Shown piece by piece: positions 15,399 through 26,345 of a DNA stretch of 64,000 nt (its first letter is position 1; each line of letters opens with the position of its first letter). The notes under the pieces are model-generated. The model made no database searches and was not told the origin of the DNA. It worked only from the letters and a program-made list of their open reading frames with translations. Source of the stretch: Euglena gracilis (Eukaryota); contig CP154954.1 in assembly GCA_039621445.1 (NCBI GenBank), forward strand, positions 21,898,954 to 21,962,953. The letters run 5' to 3'. The translations under genes and the position numbers were made by a program.

Positions 15399-16034
15399 TT
15401 TTGTGATTTCTGGTCAGCAATGCTTGGAAAGTCTCGGCTTGAGTGGGTAGATTCTGTTCAAGGCAAATCTTTCTTTATAATTGAAATTTTGCAAAGCGGT
15501 TTCTGGAGTGTGGAGGTGGCAAATTTAAGCCTGGAGGCTGGATGAAATTCTTCGCTTTTTTGACAGCCCAGAAAAGATGATAATTTTGGTTGGTTTTGAG
15601 CGACTTCCCAAAAAAAAAAACGTGAAACCCTGCAAACGGTGAGGCGGTCAACCCCCTCCCCTGCGGCAATTCATGTTTCTGGGGCAAACCCTTTTTGGAT
15701 CAACAAGACGCTCTGGCCCATTTGATGCCTTAGGCCGATACCCCGTCAGCGTTGCGACCAGCGCCGCCCTCTCCTTCCAGGGTGGTGCCCCGCCGTGTGG
15801 ACCAAGGACCGCTGCCCTTAGGCCCAAGGGACGGCCAGCGGCCGATCTGGGGATCCAACGGGGGCAAACGTTAAAAGGTCAAAAGACGCATTTTTCTACG
15901 TTTGGGAGGATGGGTGGATGGTGTGAGGATGCCAGAAATTACTTTTTTTACCCGAGTTTGACCCATTCTTGCCAAAATATGGCCATTTTTTGACCAGTTT
16001 GCCTGTGGATTTTTCATTAAATACTGCCCTGCCG

Positions 16035-16286
16035 CAGGTTTCTTTTTAAGTCACCTGACCCCCCCCCCCCGGGGGAGGGGGTGGGTGGGTGGGTGGGTGG
16101 GTCCGGGCCGGACCCCCCCCCCCGGGGGGGGGGGGGGGGGTCCCGCGCCGGAGGCGCTGGGTATACCTTTTCGGCGCGAAGCGCCGAAAATTTTGAAAAT
16201 TGCCTTTAACGGGCCCGATTTTGGGGGGGTCCCCCCCCCCGGGGGGGCCCCCCTCCCCCCCCCCGGGGGTCTTAAAAAGAAGCCTG
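16035..16286. mobile_element. hAT-like MITE, poly-G/poly-C family
   Basis: TIR CAGG(T/C)TTCTTTTTAAG; flanks GCCCTGCCG / GCCCTGCG; internal CGGCGCGAAGCGCCG. Confidence 0.75.
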
Positions 16287-18069
16287 GCCCTGCGTACCCC
16301 CCATTGAACCAAAGAATTTTTCCCCGACGCTTCGCTTGCTTTTCAGCACCTGTTTTTGTTAGTTTGGAGGAAAAAATCATCTTAACCCGAAATTTTGACG
16401 CTTTTTGAAGCCCCTGATAATTTTTACGGCATTTTGCGCCGTACATTTTTTTTTATCTCACGGTGGAGGGTGGGGTCGACCCCCTCCTGGGGGGGAGGGA
16501 GGTCCAGGACCACTCCCTTTCCCCCCTCTCACGTAATACCTTGCTCAGGGGGCATCAAAAATCACCATTTGCGGACCCTTTGCGGCCCAATGAGAACAAT
16601 GGCTCGGCGTGGGGGGCTTGAAGAATTTAATTTGGCAATGTTGCCGGCATGATCTCTGCACTTGGGCATTCTGCGGTCTGAGTTTTCATTGACTTTGGTG
16701 TTTGCAGTCCAAAACCCGTGCAGCGTTGGCCGTTGCCTGACGGTTTAGCCATCAGGCAATCCGCCACAGCAAGCATCACTGACCTCCTCTCCTCGCCACC
16801 TCCGTATTGTATTTGCTGATTTGTGCTCCAGGAGGGCGACTGTCCCCTCTTGTCCGAGCTGTCCAAAAATAGAGTCTCGCTTGCCAATGTGGGTTGCTTG
16901 ATGTTTTGCATACCTCTTTGTCAACGTTTCTGAGAGGCCCGTTTAATAAATTTTCGCCCTCCGGCTGGTATTGCACGCCTCAGCCTTGAAGGCACGCAAT
17001 TGTTCAGTGAGATTTTACCTGGTACGCAACTAGGGCGTTGCTTCAGAAAATTTGGCCCGACCCCCCTGTGGGGGGGTCTGGCCACCCAGCAGCCTTTTTT
17101 TCAGCCCCGGACCCCCCATCAACGAGATTTATTTGTTTCCAACCGCCCAAAGGGCACCTAAACAATCCAAACGACACCGCCGGCGAGGAAGGCATGGCCT
17201 CACAAGGTCTTTGTGCTTCGCCCTCGGTGTCCCTTCGTTTTTCCTCGAGGGAGTACGACAGCTCCAAAGAAAAACCACTTGCGCCCAGCAAGAAAAAATA
17301 TTTTGCCCAGCGAAGGGAAGGCACCAAATTAATAAATCGCAAATGCATGCGCACATTCAGCACGATCTGCCATTTTGAATTTAGTAGCCTGCGGCCGCTA
17401 AAAAAAAATTTCGTTCTGAAAAGCAGCTAGGGCTAAAAAATGCGACGAGCGCGTTGCATGAGGACCCTTGGGGGGTCCAGCTTGGAGGCTAGAAATTTGG
17501 GCTGGCTGCCCCCCCGCCCGATAGGGGTCCTGAGCGGGAGCTGTTGAAAAATGGCATTATGCTAATGAAAAATGTCACTTTGCCCGTGAAAAATGTCATT
17601 ATGACCCGGGGTCGAACCGGGCACAAAAAATCGACATTGCAAATCTGTCCAAAAGCTTCTAATTACGCCAAAAATCGCCTTCTGAATCAGAAATATCCTG
17701 GGCAGCTTATTTCCCGACTCATTTCCTCCCATTTTTTGGCCACTTGTGCCCATTTTTGGCCATTTTAGTGCCCCCGAATGCAGAAAATACGTTACCGTCC
17801 GAGCTCGCTGGGTTAGGACGTCCCGCTTAGTGGCGCCTCGCCGATGATGCTGCTCCGGCTTGGCCCGTCCCCCTGGCCCCCACTCTTCGACCGAGGGCTT
17901 TTGAGCACAAACTTTCTTTTACGGGTAAGGGGGTCGGGCTCACAAGGTCTTTGTGCTTCGCCCTCGGCGCCCCTTCCCCTGGTGTTTTTCCTCGAAGGAG
18001 TACGCCTCGGCCTCCGCACTTTGCCCTTGTGAGGCGAGATTTTTCACTGAAATTAGGGGGGCCAGGGTT

Positions 18070-18640
18070 TTTTCTAAGGCACCTTCCGCAGCAAGTCTTT
18101 GATAGTGTGCTGTGAATACCCCCTCCCCCCTTCCACTGGCCAAATTCACAAACTTCTTGGGCAGAAACGCCCAATTTTTTGAGTAAACCAGAGGGCCCCC
18201 CACACCTGGGGGGTACCCCTTGCTTGGCCAAAAAAGTCTTTTGTGATGGAAGCAAGGTATCTGCACTTATGGCCCTGAAGGGGGGACTTAATGAATTTAG
18301 GTGGGGGCCCCCTGGTCTGACGAATTCACGTTTAGCTTCCAAATAGCACATCATTAAATGTAATGGGCCTATTTAGGGACACTGGGGAATAGACAAAACC
18401 CTTTCCCACTTATGGAATTTTTGACTTTTACGCTTAATCTGGATGTAGGGTGCCCTACCCAACACACTGGTGGTTCGTTTGACTCGTTGTAAGTCTGAGG
18501 ATCGGTGTAAACAGAGGATTAGTGAGCAAAAAATCAAATACATGTACAAATACATGAACAAATATCAGCCGGAATAGGCGCCTTTGCCAGCCCCAGGAGG
18601 ATTGGGAGTGGATCCCAAAATGCCCCATGCTTCTCCAGGT
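18070..18640 (-). pseudogene. DIRS-type tyrosine recombinase relic
   Basis: Frameshifted pieces LCLHRSSDL, GPLHLMMCY, SLSPPFRAISADT, KKLGVSAQEVCEFGQWK and FTAHYQRL contain the YR catalytic R...GxW...Y motifs. Confidence 0.7.
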
Positions 18641-18675
18641 TTTGGTTCCAAAGCCTCTTGTAGGGGGTTAACAGG

Positions 18676-21475
18676 TGCAAAGGGGACCTAACCCAAAGAT
18701 TGGCCAAAATTTGCCTGAGTGGGGCCAAAAATCACTGAAATTACATTTTTTGGTTTTTAGTCGAACTTATCCTACGGATAAGATTATTATGGTTCGGCTT
18801 GAAGGCCTGAACTCAATTGTTGACCTTGCAGGGCCGATTCTTTGAAATTTTAAAGACCGGCAGACCAATGTTCCACAGTAAGATTTGTCATTTTCCCTAA
18901 TTAACCTAAGAAAGTCCCCACTCAAACCCACCAATTTCAAACTCAATCACACAACACAGGGTTCTTATCCCACCCAATGCACTGGTGAACACTACAAAAA
19001 ATATCAATTGTTTGTGCATGCAAGAACCAGAATTTGATAATAAAAAAAATCAATTTCAAGGTTCAATTGGAAAAGCCCAAGGTCAAAAAGAAAAAGTTTG
19101 AATATTTTGACTCGAAGCCCGGCGGCCGCCTCAACAAAAAGTCGAGGCCGAAGGATCCGCAAAAACTTCGAAACAAGGTCGGGGCTTCATGCAGGTCCTA
19201 CCCGGATCCTCCGGCCAGAGCGAGGCCCGCCAGGCAGCTGATGCAGAAGAAAGACAAAGAAGAAAGACAAGAAAGAAGATTGAAGCTGAAGTCATAACAA
19301 AGTCTTGGTTGAAGCCGCGCAGTGTTCAATCTGTGCGCGGTATTGAAGCTGCGGACACATATAACACATGACAATGGTGTGCCAGCAGACAAACCCCAAC
19401 CACAGCCCTAAGGCTACTAAAGAACCCGAAGAATTGTAGGCATTCAGAAGTGTCAGGTGGGAGAATTTCAGTGCCACAATGCATTCCATCTGCTGCTTTT
19501 TCAAAAAGGTCTTTCTTGCCAAATTTTCTTGTCGCATCACCACAGATTTTTCACAAAAGTGAATACGCAGCAGATTTTCATGGGTTAACACAGGATTTTC
19601 ACACCCGAGAAGATTTTTCACAATAAAATTGGCCAATTTCAGCACGAATTACATTGAGGGCCCAGAATTTTCTGGAATTTTATCAAGAATCCCCACAGTT
19701 TTTGCCAACGGCGTGCATTTTCAGCAATATTTATTGTGGGGGCAGAGTCCCATTTACAAAGTTGCACGTATTTTCCCCCACAAAAAAATCCAGGCGTTTT
19801 CTCACCCAGTATATTTCAGTTTTCAAGTGAAAAAAGTCAATTTTCCTTTCCCCGTCACAGAAATTTCCTGTCATTTTGGCAGATTTTTAGACAAAACATT
19901 CGGAGATGGGTGATATCCTCCGTACGGGACAACTTTCCATTGTGCCACGGGATTTTGCTGTAGTTTTCACATTTTTTTCAGCCAATCTTGTCGGAGAATG
20001 GTGGAATCCTCCGTGCGGGAAATTTTTTCCTTTTGCTCCCCCAGGCTGGGAGCGGGCACGGTTCATCCATTTTGGCTGGTTGAGGAGAAACGGGAATTGT
20101 CCCCCTCGCACACATTTCAGCCCCCCCGATGGAAATGGAGATGGAGGGGGGAAACAAAGGACCTTGGGAGAAACGTGCAAGGAGGAGTGTGCACAAAATA
20201 ATTCAGTTTGAGGTGCTTGGTGAGGAATGTTTTCAATTTCCCTGGGCAAAATTGGAAAAAACTGCAGATCCACCAGATTCAAAAAAGAAAACCGCTTTGG
20301 TCAAAAGTGACCAAAACTGAGCAGGATTCCAGCCCAATTTAACTTTGGACAGCAGCGCCAAAGGCAAGGACTTTTTGACGAGAAATTACCAGTTATGGGT
20401 TTGGAAAACTCAGATCAAACGCCGTTTCAGGCAGTTTTGATGAAATTTCAAGGATTTGTAGAAATTTCCACTTTGGTTATTGGGATTGAGCGAAGCTTTT
20501 CTCAATTGGAGGGTCTCAGAAGTTTCAAACGGACTCAATCCCAGTTTATTGCGGAAGGGAGTCAAAGTGGACAGTTTTTTTCCCCCTGCCCAGATCACTG
20601 GCCGCAAACTTTGTTTTCACACCCTGGGGAGGGAGACCGCCAACGCCGGCGTCGGTGTAGTGGCGGCGTCCGGGGACCCACTCACCCGCACCGCTGTGGT
20701 GGCGGTGCAGGGGGCCCCAGGAGCACCCAGGGCAGCGACGAGCACCCCACACAGGAGCTATGGGTTGCGACCAAGCTATGCGTTGGGAGCACGGTTGGGC
20801 CTTGAAGCGATGAGAAGATCTGGGTTGGGAACTGAACCAACGAGAAGGAGAAGCCCAGAAAGAGTGAGTGGGTTGGTTTTTCAAATTTTTGAAATTTTCC
20901 CCCCTGTCGCGCCCCACTCGGGCAACGTAGGCCCAGAGGTATGGGGAGCGTTTTTTGGGGCAACAGTTCTGGAGTGGCAATCTTGCCCAAATGGGAGGAG
21001 CACCATAATGTGGTCTCTACCCCCTGTTGGCAAAGCCACACTTTGCACGTTCCTGTTACCCAACCTACAAAAGTTTTTACCCTCACACCATTTTTTGCTT
21101 CCCCCAGAATGGTGGAGTTTCCTTCTGTAAGTTTGGAAGTAATAGCCCGTTTGTTTGCCCCCCAGCTGAGCGTGTTGGACTTTCCCGTTGAAACGCATGA
21201 AAATTTTCCATTTGTGATGGTCCTGGTGCAAAATTTGCTCACAGGGGAGGGGTCAGGGGTAGGGATGATGGGGGAAGGCACCGTTTTTGGTTACCAGATT
21301 TCAATTTTTTTGGGTATCCCGTTTAGGGACATGGTGGAAAATGAGGCAAAAATCAACAGATTTTCAAGTCACAGGCCTGAATTTTCCTTTCGTTTGCAGG
21401 TTTTTACACTGTCCAGAGTTTTGACAACGTATTTTGGGGAAGATTGGAAACATTTTGAGACATATTTTTTGAGGA
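18676..21475 (+). mobile_element. 3'-truncated copy of the 3-kb LTR (same family as 59107-62114)
   Basis: Starts TGCAAAGGGGACCTAACCC; colinear with the reverse complement of about 59290-62114. Confidence 0.85.
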
Positions 21476-21499
21476 TTCAGAATTTTTTTTCAAATCTCA

Positions 21500-24300
21500 T
21501 GCGGACACGTATCATGTGCTGAGACGGTAATTTCCCCAGATTTTTCACAAAAAAGGAGGAATGAGAGGCAGAACGAAGAATTCATCAGAAAGGAGTTGGC
21601 AAGGGACAAAAATTTGCTTATTTCACTCAATGGACGGTCAACTGGGTAAAAATTGCTGTTTTCCCCAGCTATTTTCATTTCTTCCACGGTCAAATAATGG
21701 GAATGACACAGGGATGTCTTGAACAAACACAGGGGGGATGGAAGTTAAACGGACTGGTGCCCCCCCCCCCTGAAACGAGTCAACCACCCGTTTGGTTGGA
21801 GGTGACCGAATTTGGTCCAAAACGCGAAACAAGAACTTTTCTCAGAGTTTTACCAGAAATCCTCAAGGAAGGGGGCGTTGTAAAAAAATGTTCTGATGTG
21901 AAAGAAGCACCGCTCCCAAACCACAACCACACAACCTGTGTAACCAGAGCACCATGTAAGTGTTGTGGAGAGGTTGGGAAGGATGCCTCTAACTGTTGGA
22001 CAAAAATTCTGGATGCAAATCAAGCTCGCCCCACGCCCAGTATTGGGACCCATGCCCATGGGGGGAGAAGGATGAGGCATGAGGGTGGGACGACCAATTA
22101 TCATGATAAAGGTTGGGAAAATGCCCAAGGAAAAAGTGGTGGCGAACGTTTCAGGGGCAACACTTTTGTTCAAGTGCCCCCAGCGCAAATTTGTTTCAGA
22201 AAATGTTTGCGGCACAGTCAAACGCTTTTTGTGGACAAAGTCCAGCGATTTTTCGGGTCAAACGTAACAACCGCTTTGAAGCATTTTACGGGAACAAAAC
22301 TTGAAAGAGAGGTGGACTTGACTTTTGCATCCGTTCTTCATACAAAATACGGTCAAGAACCCCCATGTGTGAAAGAAGTTTGGAGTATGCCGATTCTCGC
22401 ACAAAAATGACACTTTCCAGCACCCAATTTTCACAACCCCCCACAATTTTCATTAAGACTCCCCGAAAAGACCTTATGAAGGACCGTGAAATTTCAACAG
22501 GGCTAATTGTTTTGAATGTTTATTTTTGTCAATGTGGTCATTTTGACCAAAAAATGCCCACTCGTAGTTGGGGAAAGATGGAGGGTTTTCCAAACCGTTT
22601 GTGTCCGGGTTTTCGGTGCAATTACAACATCCCCAGTTCCAAAAAGACTTTTTCACCGTTTTGGTGGGATTATATTTGGTGGCACTTCACATAAAAAAAT
22701 GCCGAGTCCCAGATTTGGACGTTTTTCAGGTAGAAGGGAAAGAGGAAAGGCATATTCTAAAGGGGGAGGGGTTTGGTGATGGTCTCCCAGGGTACCTCCT
22801 CATGAATGACCCATGACGAAAGCGAATTTAAAAATTGGACGAACCCCAGAATTTGAGAAACGGTGGAGGAAGTGGACAATTTTCTGTTGGAAAAGGAAGG
22901 AGAGAGGTTGACACGCATTTGCACTCCCTCATTTTTCCCGAGTAGAAAAAAGTGAACGTTTTCAATTTCCCCCGTTTGGGGAAAGAGCAGAAAAAATGGG
23001 TTGAACGGTCGACCAATGAAAATTTTGAGTCTGCCAATTATACCCAAGGCACAAAATCTGACGTTTTAATTGGGCAAGTGTGGGAACCGGAATCTATTCA
23101 TTTTCACGGGTTGTGTTATGTGGAAGAAATGAATAAAGTTTGGATGAACAAAAGAGGGATGCGCCCCATTCATTCAGAGGCGAGTGAGCGGGGGGTGCTC
23201 CAACGAAAAGGCGATGTGTTGTACCGACATGATTTTCAGTTAAACCCCCCAAAAAATAAGACCCCCCCAAAAAATAAGACCCCCCCCTGGGCCGATCGAG
23301 CAAAAATCCAAAAAATAAGGCCCCCCCATAAATAGGACCCCCCTTGACGGCGCGAAGCGCCGGGGACGGTGAAAATTTTCCCTGCGAAATTGCCAAAAAC
23401 CCAAATTTCACACACAAAAATGATGGAATTTCAAAATTTTTCAAATTTTTGAAGTGCAAAAAACATGCTAAATGTCAACTAACACAAATTTACACACGGC
23501 GCGAAGCGCCGAAGGAAACTTTTTAGTGCTTTGGGGAACCTGAAAATGATGTTTTATTTTTCGGGCCCGGGTCGGTCAAGAAAAAAATTAAAAATAAGAC
23601 CCCCCCTGGAGGCTTCCAGCAACGGACCCAAAATAAGACCCGGGTCTTATCTTTGGGGGGGGGGGTTTACTCAATGGTGTTATTTACGGAGAGTACATGG
23701 AACCCAACCCCCCCCCGTAAAGGACAGTGTGCAGGATTTTCAGATAATTTTGGAAACGAAACTTGCCCACGAATAGGACAGGGCCGACTATTTTGTCGGT
23801 GAGACTCCCGAGGCACCCCCCAAGGAATTTTGGGTTCGGAAGAACAATTTTTGGAATAGCAAGGAGGTGAGAATTCCACAAATTTGGATTTGCTTTTTTA
23901 AAAGCAAGAGACGGCCTGGTTTCTCAGCGCATTTTATTTCTTTAAAAGTGGTGCAAATTTTGGGCCAAGTTTGGAGAGATGGCCTGGGAGGGCACGGGTT
24001 GATGTGACCCCCCCACAAGAACGGCCGTAAGTCACATTGTCATTGTGGGGAACAAATCCCGCGGTTTGAGGGGTTGTTTTCGTTGTTTCTGGTTTTTGGT
24101 GTTTGGTCGCGACAAGCAACAGATCACGAAAATCAACAATCCCCCCAACAAAAAAGCTGCAGCATTTCAAGAAAAAAAGAGTGTGATTTGCTCCTCAAGG
24201 AGTGTCCTAAGAAGAAAACTCCACGAAAATGGCCCAATCAAAAAAAGGGAGTTTCTCCATAAGAGAAAAAAACCCTGATTAAAGGCTGGACTAACAATCA
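21500..24300 (+). pseudogene. Heavily decayed Ty1/Copia-like internal region
   Basis: In order: knuckle-like CKCCGEVGKDASNCW, protease-like VSGAT, and a C-terminal 'LLLKEC...LIKGWTN' resembling the Copia RNase H end; many frameshifts. Confidence 0.4.
23243..23667 (+). mobile_element. Tc1/mariner-type MITE (AACCCC...GGGGTT, AAATAAGACCC repeats)
   Basis: TA TSD at 23241-23242 and 23668-23669; a second copy lies inverted at 26563-27020. Confidence 0.85.
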
Positions 24301-24902
24301 AACAAACCCCCTGAAGCCTAACAACCATATTTCTTGAAAGACGGTTGGTCAAAAAACGGTTCGCAAGTGTTGGAAACGTGAAACCATGCCTAGGCCCCAT
24401 TGCAGCTCGGCGGGCAACTTTCGAAGTTGCAACCTGACCTGCCTTGGGAGCACCGCAAAGTGTCATTCTAAGCATGAGTGCTGTGTAGTGTGTGGGGATA
24501 AAAATTGCACACCATATTGTGATTGTGAACACACTACCACAAACGCGCGGTACCGTGGACCGTGGCGGCGAAGGAGCGCGGAGCCACGCGGCGTGAGGTG
24601 GCGGTGGCGGCGGCGACACCGCACCGTTGCTTTGCACCGTTAACTGCACCGTGCGCCGCACCTTTGCGTTTCACCGTTGCACCATTCCTCCAGGGTGCGG
24701 TGTGGCCCTTTGGGCGCCCCCCCTCCCCGCTACTTTCACGGGGTAAGGCGTGGCCTGTTAGGCTCCCCACCCCTCGTTAATCTTACCAACCGCACACATA
24801 CGACTCTTTTTTTTCGCAAACCAAATTCTTTCTTTTGGTACGGACCCTTCTTTTTTCATTTCGTGTTTTAAAATCTTCCGGAGTTTTTTCTAAGTGGGGG
24901 AG

Positions 24903-25405
24903 TGTAAAGGAGTCCTAACCCAAATATTGGCCAAAATTTGCCTGAGTGGAGCCGAAAATCACTGAAATTCCATTTTTTGGTTTTTAGTCCAATTTATCCT
25001 ACGGATAAGATTATTATGGTTCGGCTTGAAGGCCTGAACTCAATTGTTGACCTTGCAGGGCCGATTCTTTGAAATTTTCAATACCGGCAGACCAATGTTC
25101 CACAGTAAGATTTGTCATTTTCCCTAATTAACCTAAGAAAGTCCCCACTCAAACCCACCAATTTCAAACTCAATCACACAACACAGGGTTCTTATCCCAC
25201 CCAATGCACTGGTGAACACTACAAAAAATATCAATTGTTTGTGCATGCAAGAACCAGAATTTGATAAAATAATTGAATTTCAAGGGTCAATTGGAAAAGC
25301 ACAAGGACAAAAAGAAAAAGTTTGAATATTTTGACTCGAAGCCCGGCGGCCGCCTCAACAAAAAGTCGAGGCCGAAGGATCCTCAAAAACTTCGAACCAA
25401 GGTCG
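24903..25405 (+). mobile_element. 5' fragment (about 500 bp) of the 3-kb LTR family
   Basis: Starts TGTAAAGGAGTCCTAACCC; closely matches 18676-19190. Confidence 0.9.
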
Positions 25406-25409
25406 CGGT

Positions 25410-26345
25410 TTCACAGGGTGTGGTATCTCAGGCCAACAAACCCAGGAGCAAAAGCCTAGCACTGGCAGTTTTTTGTTTCCCAGGGTGGCAAATACATCTG
25501 TTTTCAAATTTATGAAATCTTTGACTTGCTGTCCTGACCATTGAAAAAAATGGTGGTCTAAAGAGTATTCCGTCATGTCCATTTCCCGTCTGCTTATGGG
25601 GTCCGCCAGGAATTCTTTTGAAGGTACCCAGTTGACTTGGACGTTTAACCTGTTTTTCCATGCAACGTTTGAAAATGGTGTCAGCACTTTGTTGAATGGG
25701 TCCTTTTTACCCCCACCGTTTTTTAAGTTAGTAAATTACCTGGTTGTCAACTGACAAAGAAACGGTTTCCCCAGGAGTGCTCAAACTTTTCACAGTTATG
25801 ATTGCTCCACTGAGCTCATTTGCATGGATGTGCAAATTGGAGTCTTTTCTCCAAAACTCATTCACAATTTCTCCTGTGTGTATGTTCAGCCCTCCCCCGC
25901 CCCAGGCACGGATGCTTCTGTCTGAGTGAAACTCTGTGGTTGCATTTTGGTGGAAAGGTCTGCTCCCCAGGTGCCTATTAAATTTTTTATTTCCCTTAAT
26001 TGTGCCTCGATTTCTGGGTAAATGGGGTGTTTTCTGTCCCAGAGGGCTGTGGACTTTGCCACCAAAAATTAGCCATGGTGTCTGTAAAAGCCCTTATAAA
26101 GGGCAGGGCCAGTATTTTGCATCTTATTTGACCCAAAATGGAAGCCCATTGCCTTCCTGAAAGTGTAATCTTTTTTTAACTCTTCTCAAGTTCCTTTTTA
26201 ATGGTTTTGACCTTCTGGTTGGCACCGGTAGCCTTTCCTTCCTGGAAGTTAGTTGATAACCCAGATGTTACTACTTGGGTAGGCTGGAGGGAGGACTTTT
26301 CAATTGATTTTGAACCCAGAATCAAGTAAATCTTTGAAAGATCCC
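25410..26345 (-). pseudogene. DIRS pol relic: RT C-terminus, RNase H and start of the Dam-like adenine methyltransferase domain
   Basis: GFKIN.KSSLQPTQ (RT end); LHIHANELSGA, SVDNQVIY, VNWVPSKEFLADPISR (RNase H); TDVFATLGNKKLP (DIRS MT-like motif). Confidence 0.8.

Noticed and set aside
20395-21522. ORFs within the 3-kb LTR (also 59174-60885)
   Set aside because: Frames differ between the two copies and no domain is recognisable.
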